Assembly: GCA_900316285.1 (NCBI GenBank)
Contig: ONCG01000001.1
Coordinates: forward strand, 213,422-277,421
From: an uncultured Prevotellaceae bacterium
Lineage (GTDB): Bacteria; Bacteroidota; Bacteroidia; Bacteroidales; Bacteroidaceae
DNA: 64,000 nucleotides
Direction of reading: 5' to 3'
Shown: one piece after another, positions 43,781 to 51,672 of the stretch
Layout: each line of letters begins with the position of its first letter
How positions within the stretch are numbered: the first letter of the stretch is position 1
The notes under the pieces: generated by a model
What the model was told of the DNA's origin: nothing
Databases searched by the model: none
The model's input: only the letters and a program-made list of their open reading frames with translations
Program-made: the position numbers and the translations under genes

Positions 43781-44773
43781 ATGGCATTTTTAACTAACGA
43801 CAAACTCGTCATCGTCGGCGCAGCCGGCATGATCGGTTCCAACATGGCTCAGTCGGCTCTGATGATGGGCCTCACGAGCAACCTGTGTCTCTACGACGTG
43901 TTCTCACCCGAAGGCGTAGCTGAGGAAATGCGCCAGAGCGGCTTCGACGAAGCCACCATCACCGCTACCACCGATGCCGAAGAGGCATTCCGCGGAGCTA
44001 AGTACATCATCTCCTCTGGTGGTGCTCCCCGTAAGGAAGGCATGACACGTGAGGACCTGCTCGCAGGCAACTGCAAGATAGCCGAGGAGCTGGGTAAGAA
44101 CATCCAGAAGTTCTGCCCCGACGTGAAGCACGTCGTCATCATCTTCAACCCCGCCGACCTCACCGGCCTCGTCACGCTGCTCTATAGCGGACTGAAACCC
44201 TCACAGGTAACAACCCTCGCTGCCCTCGACACCACTCGTCTGCAGAGCGCACTTGCCAAGAAGTTCGGTGTGAAGCAGAGCGAGATCAAGGGCTGCGCCA
44301 CCTATGGTGGTCACGGCGAGCAGATGGCTGTGTTCGGCTCTCACGTAGAGATTGCCGGTCGCAAGCTCATCGACATCATTGGTACACCTGAGTTCCCCGC
44401 TGAGGAGTGGGAGCAGATGAAGAAGGACGTCACCCAGGGTGGTGCCGCCATCATCAAGTTGCGTGGCCGTTCCAGTTTCCAGAGTCCGTCTTATCTCTCT
44501 GTTGAGATGATTCGTTCGGCTATGGGCGGCGAACCTTTCCGCTTCCCCGTCGGAACCTATGTGAAGACTGACAAATACGACCACATCATGATGGCCATGA
44601 AGACCACCCTCGACGTTACGGGTGCCCACTTCGAAGTGCCTCAGGGTCTGCCCGAGGAGAACGCCAAGCTCGATGCCAGCTATGAGCACCTCTGCAAGAT
44701 GCGCGACGAGCTCGTGACGCTGAACATCGTACCGCCCATCGCTGAGTGGTCGAAGATCAACCCGAACCTGTAA
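43781..44773 (+). CDS. mdh: Malate dehydrogenase (Bacteroidota 330-aa type)
   Basis: Rossmann motif VIVGAAGMIGSNMA. LDH/MDH family blocks are present throughout the length. Confidence 0.85.
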   Translation: MAFLTNDKLVIVGAAGMIGSNMAQSALMMGLTSNLCLYDVFSPEGVAEEMRQSGFDEATITATTDAEEAFRGAKYIISSGGAPRKEGMTREDLLAGNCKIAEELGKNIQKFCPDVKHVVIIFNPADLTGLVTLLYSGLKPSQVTTLAALDTTRLQSALAKKFGVKQSEIKGCATYGGHGEQMAVFGSHVEIAGRKLIDIIGTPEFPAEEWEQMKKDVTQGGAAIIKLRGRSSFQSPSYLSVEMIRSAMGGEPFRFPVGTYVKTDKYDHIMMAMKTTLDVTGAHFEVPQGLPEENAKLDASYEHLCKMRDELVTLNIVPPIAEWSKINPNL

Positions 44774-44806
44774 GCCCCACCCCTGCCCTCCCCTGTAGGG
44801 AGGGGG
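44774..44806 (+). repeat. GC-rich hairpin element copy abutting the mdh stop codon
   Basis: GCCCCACCCC-TGCCCTCCCC-tgta-GGGAGGGG begins at the first base after the TAA (44771-44773). Confidence 0.85.
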
Positions 44807-44830
44807 ATGACAATTAATCATTGACAATTA

Positions 44831-44876
44831 AAAATGCCGTGCGACTCGTTTGAGTGCACGGCATTTTTTGTTTTTA
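44831..44876 (+). terminator. Rho-independent terminator of mdh
   Basis: A 12-bp stem AAAATGCCGTGC (44831-44842) / GCACGGCATTTT (44856-44867) running into TTTTTTGTTTTT. Confidence 0.85.
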
Positions 44877-44945
44877 CTTGAATTACCGAAATAAAATTAC
44901 CGAAAAATAATAATTGATATAAATCTCATAAGCAAACTCCCTCTC

Positions 44946-45303
44946 CTGGAAAGCATTGAGTTCGTGATGCTGGAGCATTGACCTTGTGATGCAAGAGCAT
45001 TGAGGTTGTGGTGCGAGAGCATTGAGGTTGTGGTGCGGGAGCAATGAGTTAGTGAGGCGGGAGCATTGACATTGTTCAGTAAATTAACTTAATTTGTGCA
45101 GTAAATTAACTTAATTTGCGTGGTAAATTAACTTATTTTACTTGGTAAATTAACTTAATTTGCTGAATAAATTAAGTTAATTTACTTTTCAATTTAAGTT
45201 AATTCATGAAAAGGGAGCATTGCTGACGGTTCACGAGACGATTGCTATAGATAAACAAAAGCAATGCTCCACTCAATATAGAGCACTGCTTTACTATGGG
45301 AAA
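44946..45303 (-). repeat. 22-bp phased palindrome array (16 units), locus 3
   Basis: AGCAWTG cores begin at 44952, 44974, 44996, 45018, 45040 and 45062. TAAATTAAcTTAATTT units begin at 45080, 45102, 45124, 45146, 45168 and 45190. AGCA-type cores resume at 45216, 45238, 45260 and 45282. All sit in one 22-bp register. Confidence 0.92.
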
Positions 45304-45355
45304 AACAAAAATAGTAGCAACGATATCGCAGATGGCACAATACCCTCTGCAGTAA

Positions 45356-45553
45356 GACCCCAAAGGGGTCACACTATGGCAACCGCAGGTCTTGACCTGC
45401 GGTGGAAGTAACTACGCAGGGGACGACTTCGAAGATGTCGCACAATAGCACTGTCATTCTTGTTGTGCGACCCCTCTGGGGTCGTAGCCATGTGGATGCC
45501 TTACCACCGCGGGTCAAGACCCGCGGTTACCATAGTGTGACCCCTTTGGGGTC
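45356..45553. other. 198-nt structured module: two inverted ~50-nt copies flanking a hairpin-rich core (candidate ncRNA or MITE)
   Basis: The left arm (45356-45405) matches the reverse complement of the right arm (45500-45553) at about 46 of 50 positions. Each arm holds two local hairpins: GACCCC-nnn-GGGGTC and CCGCrGG-n6-CCyGCGG. The core has stems 45437-45445 / 45463-45471 and 45469-45483. Confidence 0.75.
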
Positions 45554-45589
45554 CTTTCTCGATTCATCGGGGTCCTTTCTCGATTCATC
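45548..45589. repeat. Perfect 21-bp direct repeat, two copies
   Basis: GGGGTCCTTTCTCGATTCATC occurs at 45548-45568 and again at 45569-45589. The first copy starts inside the last hairpin of the structured module. Confidence 0.9.
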
Positions 45590-45611
45590 TTTGTGCCATC
45601 TAATATATTAT

Positions 45612-45697
45612 TAAAAAAAGTTGTCCCTTGTTGTTTGGGTTGTCTTTTTAAAAAACTAATGGTGTTATTTAAAACAACTCAAACAACAAGGGACTAC
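45612..45697 (-). terminator. Long hairpin plus T7 after the GH29 gene
   Basis: AGTTGTCCCTTGTTGTTTGGGTTGT (45619-45643) pairs with ACAACTCAAACAACAAGGGACTAC (45674-45697). On the minus strand the hairpin is followed by TTTTTTT. Confidence 0.7.
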
Positions 45698-45719
45698 TTA
45701 TCGAACTATAGGTCAACGA

Positions 45720-47327
45720 TTACTTGATCTTCAGCACGGGAGCAATCTTGTTGCAGGGGGCAGGGAGTGTGACGACAAGGCCTTCGGCAGTCTGGCGGGC
45801 TTTCACCTTGCCATAACCAAGGAGTGTGACGCTGCCGACCTTGCGGCCATAGGGGTTGCCCTTGCGCAATGACTTGATGACGAGCTTACTATTTTCCGGC
45901 CAACTCATTGCTGTTACATATAGCACACGGCCCTTTTGGTTGAAGCGGATGTCACGATAGTCCATGTTCGAATACTGCCCATCGTTGAAGCCTTGCGCGT
46001 TGAGGGCGATGCTCTTCTCTGCCACAGGACCTTCGCCGAACACCTTCCAGGGGCGTGTGCCGAAGATGCTTTCGCCGTTCACCGTCATCCAAGCCTCGAG
46101 GTCATCGAGCACTACTGCCTCCTTTTCATCATACGTACCATCGGCGCGCAGGGGGATGGAAAGCAACAGGTTACCATTCTTCGACACAATGTCGACCAGC
46201 ATTTTTACTACCTGTGCTGCGCTCTTATACGACCCACGCTCATAGATGCTCGTGTTGTAGTGCCATCCACCAATGCAGTTGCACGTCTGCCAAGGTTCGT
46301 CGACGATGTAGTTTGGTGCTCCACGCTCCACATCCCACGTCAAAGCCTTGCGCTGCTCTTCATCGAGAATCTTACCAAACACCACTGCCCGCGGGTTGCG
46401 GTTATAGAGATGGGTGACTATCTTCAAACCACAATCGCTGATGGCATGGAATGGCAATACCGTTGCATCGAAGTAGATGAGGTCGGGTTGATAGCGATTG
46501 ATGGCATCGAGCGAACGATCGTAGAAATTCGTGACGAACTCCTGCGAGGGAATAGCGGCCCCGTGTGTCCAGTCCCACTGCTGGTGGATGGCTCCATTCC
46601 ACCAAGCCCGCTCGCTCATGGGATGCTGTTGCTGGTAGAGCTGCTGCGGGTCGAAGCCTTCCCACCATTTGCCCTTGCCATCTTCCTTGGTGAGATGACC
46701 ATCGTAGTAGACGCCTGCTTTCGAGCCGTTCAGGTCGTAGCGCTGCGCGGGTTCATACCACGTCCATGCATGATCGGCGTGGAAGGAGATGCCCAACGGC
46801 AGGCCAGCCTTCTTCGCTGCCTTCGCCCACTCGTCGAGGATGTCGCGCTTCGGACCGATGTTCTTCGAGTTCCAGGGCTGATACTTCGAGTCCCAGAGGT
46901 CGTAGTTGTCGTGGTGATTGCCCAGCACGAAGAAATACTGCGCGCCGCAGCGCTTATAGCGTGCGACGAGTTCGTCGGGATTCCATTTCTCTGCCTTGAA
47001 GAGCGGCAGCACATCCTTGAAGCCGAACTCCGAAGGATGGCCGTAGTGCTCGACGTGGTATTTATACTCACGCGTACCTTCCATATACAAAGAGCGGGCC
47101 ATCCAGTCTCCGGAGCCTTCTACGCATTGCGGCCCCCAGTGAGCCCAGATGCCGAACTTCGCGTTGCGAAACCACTCGGGTGTCTGATGCTGGCTGAGCG
47201 ACTGCCATGTAGGTTGATACTTGCCCGTCTGCATCGGCTCGTGAGCCTCCGACACAGGCACTTGGTACTGCTGCGCCGAGACCGTCAGGCTCAAGGCGAG
47301 AAGCAGGGTTGTGATGGTTGCTTTCAT
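45720..47327 (-). CDS. GH29 alpha-L-fucosidase
   Basis: 535 aa with a signal peptide. WFRNAKFGIWAHWGPQ, YFFVLGNHHDNYDLWDS and ISFHADHAW are GH29 blocks. Confidence 0.88.
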   Translation of the reverse strand: MKATITTLLLALSLTVSAQQYQVPVSEAHEPMQTGKYQPTWQSLSQHQTPEWFRNAKFGIWAHWGPQCVEGSGDWMARSLYMEGTREYKYHVEHYGHPSEFGFKDVLPLFKAEKWNPDELVARYKRCGAQYFFVLGNHHDNYDLWDSKYQPWNSKNIGPKRDILDEWAKAAKKAGLPLGISFHADHAWTWYEPAQRYDLNGSKAGVYYDGHLTKEDGKGKWWEGFDPQQLYQQQHPMSERAWWNGAIHQQWDWTHGAAIPSQEFVTNFYDRSLDAINRYQPDLIYFDATVLPFHAISDCGLKIVTHLYNRNPRAVVFGKILDEEQRKALTWDVERGAPNYIVDEPWQTCNCIGGWHYNTSIYERGSYKSAAQVVKMLVDIVSKNGNLLLSIPLRADGTYDEKEAVVLDDLEAWMTVNGESIFGTRPWKVFGEGPVAEKSIALNAQGFNDGQYSNMDYRDIRFNQKGRVLYVTAMSWPENSKLVIKSLRKGNPYGRKVGSVTLLGYGKVKARQTAEGLVVTLPAPCNKIAPVLKIK

Positions 47328-47404
47328 GTTTATAGTTTCAAGTTTAAAGTTTCTAGTTTCTAGTTTCTAGGTTCAAGTTTTTGGTTTCAAGCTCCTAGTT
47401 TTTG
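47328..47404. repeat. Eleven in-phase heptamers starting at the base next to the GH29 start codon
   Basis: GTTTATA GTTTCAA GTTTAAA GTTTCTA GTTTCTA GTTTCTA GGTTCAA GTTTTTG GTTTCAA GCTCCTA GTTTTTG. On the coding strand this reads (nnGAAAC)n running into the ATG. Confidence 0.9.
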
Positions 47405-47444
47405 GTAATTACAACAAGGAAGCTATATAGAATTTACCTTGAAA

Positions 47445-47520
47445 ATGTAGGGACGCGACGTGTCGCGTAGTTGGATTTAGCTTTTCCCTTCCATAAACGC
47501 GGCACGCCGCGTCCCTACAT
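47445..47520. repeat. 76-bp GTAGGGACGCG double-hairpin element, copy A
   Basis: Arms ATGTAGGGACGCGACGTGTCGCG (47445-47467) and CGCGGCACGCCGCGTCCCTACAT (47498-47520) flank a 30-nt spacer. It is closely similar to copy B at 55837-55913. Confidence 0.88.
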
Positions 47521-47564
47521 GTGGGTTCAAAATATATAACCACCAAATGATTAATTCTCAATTA

Positions 47565-49520
47565 TCAAATTTCAATTACTATGACCATGCCGCCACGAGC
47601 CGGCAGGGGGACGGCTTCAGGCAGCGAGTTGGGATGAAAAATGATCCAAGGAGTCTGCTCATTCCCTGCAGAGAGGGGACTACCCGAGTCGGCAAAACAG
47701 GTGATGTTCTTGAACCCTTGAACCTTTGAACGCTGCGAAGCAGCTTTTAAACCTTTTATCTTCTTCAGTCCCTTCAGGCTGACGGTCTGCTGTTCGTCGC
47801 GTCCGTTGAGCATGCCCACATACCACTTGTTGCCACTACAGCGAGCCATGACAACGTATTGTCCTGGATAGCCGTCAATCAGACGCGTCTCGTCCCAAAC
47901 GGTCGGCAGCTGGCCAAGGAACTGCTGCACCTCCTTGGGCTGTGCAAGGAAGCTCTCGGGGCGGTCGGCCAGATGCTGCAATGCCGACTCAAAGACTACG
48001 GTCAGCGCCAACTCATGGCCATGGGTGGTGATGTGTGGATGCTGCGAGTCGCTAAAGGCACAAGGCGTGTAGTCCATCGGTCCGATGACGTTGCGTGTGA
48101 AGGGCAGCATGCAGTTATGAGCCGCAGCCTTTCGGGTGAACGTTGGCACATTGTTATACCATTCGGCACCATAGACGCCCTCCGTGGAGAGAAGGTTCGG
48201 CCACGTTCGCTGCCAGCCGCGAGGAATCGTAGCACCATGGAAGTTCACCAGCAGATGATGGCGGGCGCCACACTCCAGCAAGTCCTGACAATACTGCATG
48301 TTCATCTGGTTATCGCCGGAGAAGAAGTCAATCTTCACACCAGCCACGCCGATGCGCTCACACCAAGCGAACTCTCGCTCGCGGTCTTCAGGCTTATTCA
48401 ATCGGAACTTCGGTCCCGGTGCCCCATTGATCCATCCCACCGAGGAGTTATACCATATCATCGGCTTCACGCCCTGCTGGCGGGCATACGCCACGGCGTC
48501 TTCGACGGTCTTGCCATCCTTCATCTCATCCCATTCGGCATCGATGAGCACATAGGGCAGATGCAGCGCTACCGCCATATCAACATACTTCTTAATGATG
48601 TTGTAATCGTTGGAGCCATGATTGTAAGCCCAGTAGACCCACGACACTACGCCGGGCTGAATCCAACTGGTATCGGCAATCTTACTCGGCTCTGCCATAT
48701 CGGTGATGAGCGTCGACTCAACGATATCAGCCAGCGAACCCATAATGACTACACGCCACGGCGTATGCCACGACCCGCTGATTTCAACTTCGTTCTGATC
48801 GGGAACGACACGATAGAGTTCGCCTTCGCTATGGAGACACGATGCACTCTGTCGCGATTCAATGTTCGACTCACTGATGAGGGCATACACCGTATGTCCA
48901 TGCCGATGGTCGGAGAAGTCGAACAAGGCGGGATAGCCCCAGAGGTTTGACGGCTGGCGTCCCCAGCCCGCACTCACAGGTTTTCCATCGAACGCAAGCG
49001 GAAAGAATCCTTCGTAGGCATCGCTCCACGGCTGCACCCAACGAGGGGTTCCATCGGGGATTCGGAATGCGGTTTGTTCCGACGAAAAGCGGCAGGGGGG
49101 CAGATTCTCCAATTCATAACGAAAGGCGATGCCGTCGTTGCAAAGCCGCATGACGAGCACCTGTTCTTGCCCTTCAGCATCGCGGAAGGTGTAGCGATAT
49201 TCGTTATATTGATTGGTGCAGTGGAGGCGCTTACCTGCCAGCATCGTATAATCCACATCGACGCGATGCCCCTCCCCCGACGCAACGAGGGAAAGAGAGG
49301 CTGGTCTTCGTTTGCCATCAGCAGACAGAGACACGCCAACATCGGCAATTGTCAGCACTTGCCGGCCCTGATAAAGCACGTCGAACCCGTTTGCATGCGG
49401 CTGCAATCCAATGCGACCGTTCGGCGAATGAGCCGGTGCTGCCACGACGGACACGCTACAAAGCAACGCCAACAGCGCAGCTAATGAAACACCCAAAATG
49501 GTTTGATTCTTTCCCTTCAT
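47565..49520 (-). CDS. GH97 glycoside hydrolase (alpha-glucosidase / alpha-galactosidase family)
   Basis: 651 aa with a signal peptide. YVLIDAEWDEM, GVAGVKIDFF and NFHGATIPRGWQRTWPNLLSTEGVYGAEW match GH97 (SusB-like) blocks. Confidence 0.85.
   Translation of the reverse strand: MKGKNQTILGVSLAALLALLCSVSVVAAPAHSPNGRIGLQPHANGFDVLYQGRQVLTIADVGVSLSADGKRRPASLSLVASGEGHRVDVDYTMLAGKRLHCTNQYNEYRYTFRDAEGQEQVLVMRLCNDGIAFRYELENLPPCRFSSEQTAFRIPDGTPRWVQPWSDAYEGFFPLAFDGKPVSAGWGRQPSNLWGYPALFDFSDHRHGHTVYALISESNIESRQSASCLHSEGELYRVVPDQNEVEISGSWHTPWRVVIMGSLADIVESTLITDMAEPSKIADTSWIQPGVVSWVYWAYNHGSNDYNIIKKYVDMAVALHLPYVLIDAEWDEMKDGKTVEDAVAYARQQGVKPMIWYNSSVGWINGAPGPKFRLNKPEDREREFAWCERIGVAGVKIDFFSGDNQMNMQYCQDLLECGARHHLLVNFHGATIPRGWQRTWPNLLSTEGVYGAEWYNNVPTFTRKAAAHNCMLPFTRNVIGPMDYTPCAFSDSQHPHITTHGHELALTVVFESALQHLADRPESFLAQPKEVQQFLGQLPTVWDETRLIDGYPGQYVVMARCSGNKWYVGMLNGRDEQQTVSLKGLKKIKGLKAASQRSKVQGFKNITCFADSGSPLSAGNEQTPWIIFHPNSLPEAVPLPARGGMVIVIEI
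47708..47756 (-). repeat. Intergenic-type heptamer/hairpin repeat embedded in-frame in the GH97 CDS
   Basis: CTTTGAACGCTGCGaAGCAGCTTT matches the reverse complement of 50578-50612 at 23 of 24 positions. It is flanked by TTGAACC heptamers and encodes KGLKAASQRSKVQGFKN. Confidence 0.7.
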
Positions 49521-49532
49521 AATGATCGGTCT

Positions 49533-50549
49533 TTAAAACTTCGTCAAAATGCGGAACACTCTGCCCGGAGCGGCAGCCCACTCGTCCATCGCCTTTTGTG
49601 CCTCCTCGGGAGTTACCTCGCTACTGATAAGACGGTCGACGGGACACGTGCGGCGCTCCATATAGTGGATGACGGCACGGAAGTCCTGCGGCAGGGCATT
49701 GCGCGAGCCGCGAATGTCGAGTTCCTTCTGGACGAAATACTTCGTTTGGAACGACACTTCGCTCTTGGCATAGCCGATGCAGACCACACGTCCCGTGAAG
49801 GCTACTACGTCGACAGCCATCTGATAGGTGGGTGTGCTGCCCACAGCCTCGATGACCACATCAGGACCAAAGCCACTGGTCATTTCCAGCAAGCGAGCGT
49901 TCACGTCGTCGGTCTTCGTGTTCAGCGTGTAGCTCGCACCCATCTCGCGTGCCAGCTGCAGCTTTTCGTCGTCGATGTCGGCAGCAATCACGGTGGCACC
50001 ACGCAGGGCCGAGCGCACTACGGCACCCATGCCCACCATGCCACAACCGATGACGAGCACCACGTCGCTATCGGTCACCTGTGCACGGCTCACGGCATGG
50101 AAGCCTACGCTCATCGGTTCCACCAGTGCACATTCACGGGGTGTGAGCAGTCCGGCGGGAATCACCTTCTCCCACGGCAGCACCAGTCGCTCGCGCATCG
50201 AGCCATTGCGCTGTACGCCCAGCGTCTCGTTGTGCTGGCAGGCATTGGGACGTGCATTGCGGCACGAGGCACACTTGCCACAGTTGGTGTAGGGATTCAC
50301 CGTGACCACCATGCCAGGCTTCAATCCTTCCGGCACCTCGCTCCCCACGGCCTCGATGACAGCTCCCACCTCATGACCGGGAATGACAGGGAGTTTCACC
50401 ATCGGGTTTCTGCCCAGATAGGTGTTGAGGTCACTGCCACAAAAACCAACATACTGCAGGCGAATCATCACATCGCCTGCCTTCATCTCTTGTTCGGGGA
50501 CATCGACAATCTGCATCTGTCGTTCCCCTGTTATCTGTATTGCTTTCAT
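49533..50549 (-). CDS. Zn-dependent MDR-family dehydrogenase (candidate L-galactonate 5-dehydrogenase)
   Basis: Motifs GHEVGAVIEAVG, the CGKCASCRNARPNAC structural-zinc lobe, and GCGMVG Rossmann. I chose the ATG at 50549; the ORF-track start at 50564 is a TTG. Confidence 0.85.
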   Translation of the reverse strand: MKAIQITGERQMQIVDVPEQEMKAGDVMIRLQYVGFCGSDLNTYLGRNPMVKLPVIPGHEVGAVIEAVGSEVPEGLKPGMVVTVNPYTNCGKCASCRNARPNACQHNETLGVQRNGSMRERLVLPWEKVIPAGLLTPRECALVEPMSVGFHAVSRAQVTDSDVVLVIGCGMVGMGAVVRSALRGATVIAADIDDEKLQLAREMGASYTLNTKTDDVNARLLEMTSGFGPDVVIEAVGSTPTYQMAVDVVAFTGRVVCIGYAKSEVSFQTKYFVQKELDIRGSRNALPQDFRAVIHYMERRTCPVDRLISSEVTPEEAQKAMDEWAAAPGRVFRILTKF

Positions 50550-50557
50550 ATCTATAT

Positions 50558-50650
50558 GGTTCAAATGCGCTGCGCGCGTTCAAAGCTGCTACGCAGCGTT
50601 CAAAGTTTAAAGATCAAATGCGCTGCGTGCGTTCAAGGTTCAAAGTTCAA
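50558..50650. repeat. Spacer of GTTCAAA heptamers interleaved with GCGCTGCG hairpins
   Basis: GGTTCAA-atgcgctgcgcgc-GTTCAAA-gctgctacgcagc-GTTCAAA-GTTTAAA-GATCAAA-tgcgctgcgtgc-GTTCAAG-GTTCAAA-GTTCAAT. Confidence 0.85.
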
Positions 50651-50654
50651 TATA

Positions 50655-51593
50655 CTATTCACTCATATTTTTAATATACGGTAGCTCGGGCAGGTTGCTG
50701 AAGCCATAGAAGCGACAAGCGTTCTCGCCAAGGAAGAGGCGTTTCTCGGCTTCGGTGAGTTCGGGTGTCTTCACAACGAAATCGTACGACATGCGATAGG
50801 TGATGGCGGTGATGGTGCGAGGATAGTCAGAACCCCACATCAGCTTCTCCATACCCACCAGGTCGGCAGTCTCTTTGATAGCTCGCACGGCCGACGGGAA
50901 GGGATAGAACTCTGAGTTATAAAGCCAAGTGATGCCACCCGACTCCACCATCACATTCACGTTGCGTGCCAATGATATCTGCTCGCGCCACGCTTCGTTC
51001 TCCCATGGCGGCGACTGCGGTGGGTTAGCCATACCCAGATGACCGATGGCGATGCGCAGGCGAGGACATTCGGCGATGACCTCGCGTAGCTGCGATACTT
51101 GTTCCATACCATCTTCCAATGTGATGGAGAGGAATACATCGCGTTCTTCCATCAGGTGAAACATCCTCATCATCTCCGGCGATGTGAGCGGTTTGCCCAA
51201 CAGACGATGACCGGGAATGGCAATGCCGCGGAAACCTTGCTCCTCAATGAGCCCACGTGCCTGGTCATAAAAGCCATCACGCAGGTAGTCGACCATGCCG
51301 CAGATGAGGAAGCGGTCGGGATAAAGGCGGCTGACCTCTGCGAGGTAGTCGTTTTGTATGCCATCGATGAACTCCTGCACGACAACGGCTGCCGCCACTT
51401 GTGCATAGTCCATGTTCGAAAGAAACACCTCGGCTGTGTTGCGCCCGTCGATGATGAATGGCGGTATCATCTGCACCTCCTCACCAAGGAAGAGCGAGCG
51501 GCCATTCTTCAGCGTACGTATCGGCAGTCCGTTCCACGAGGTGTCCTGCCGGAGCCATAAGTGGCTATGTGCATCTATGAGTTGATAGTTCAT
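50655..51593 (-). CDS. Amidohydrolase_2-family lactonase (candidate L-galactono/fucono-1,5-lactonase)
   Basis: 312 aa. It has an IDAHSHLW metal-binding start and a ..WGSDYPR end, matching the PF04909-type fold. Confidence 0.8.
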   Translation of the reverse strand: MNYQLIDAHSHLWLRQDTSWNGLPIRTLKNGRSLFLGEEVQMIPPFIIDGRNTAEVFLSNMDYAQVAAAVVVQEFIDGIQNDYLAEVSRLYPDRFLICGMVDYLRDGFYDQARGLIEEQGFRGIAIPGHRLLGKPLTSPEMMRMFHLMEERDVFLSITLEDGMEQVSQLREVIAECPRLRIAIGHLGMANPPQSPPWENEAWREQISLARNVNVMVESGGITWLYNSEFYPFPSAVRAIKETADLVGMEKLMWGSDYPRTITAITYRMSYDFVVKTPELTEAEKRLFLGENACRFYGFSNLPELPYIKNMSE

Positions 51594-51672
51594 CTGTTAG
51601 AGTTGAGAGGTTGAGAGATGTATATGAATCTATAAAAGGTAATCATAATTATCAATTATCAACTATCAATTA
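51594..51672. repeat. Spacer with two heptamer runs
   Basis: GTTAGAG-TTGAGAG-GTTGAGAG lies at the 5' side and AATTATC-AATTATC-AACTATC-AATTATT at the 3' side. Confidence 0.75.

Noticed and set aside
45220-45614. Small plus-strand ORFs 45220-45411 and 45402-45614 in the mdh / GH29 gap.
   Set aside because: They run through the palindromic structured module and direct repeats. The reading frames are a by-product of inverted-repeat symmetry and have no start context.
45936-47363. A 475-aa plus-strand ORF, plus 47859-48950, 49503-50684, 51700-52659, 53104-53871, 57238-57864, 59057-60136, 60383-61234 and 62000-63220.
   Set aside because: All are antisense to well-supported genes (GH29, GH97, ADH, AKR, GH31, TonB receptor, lipoproteins, RecQ). 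Their composition is typical of shadow frames.
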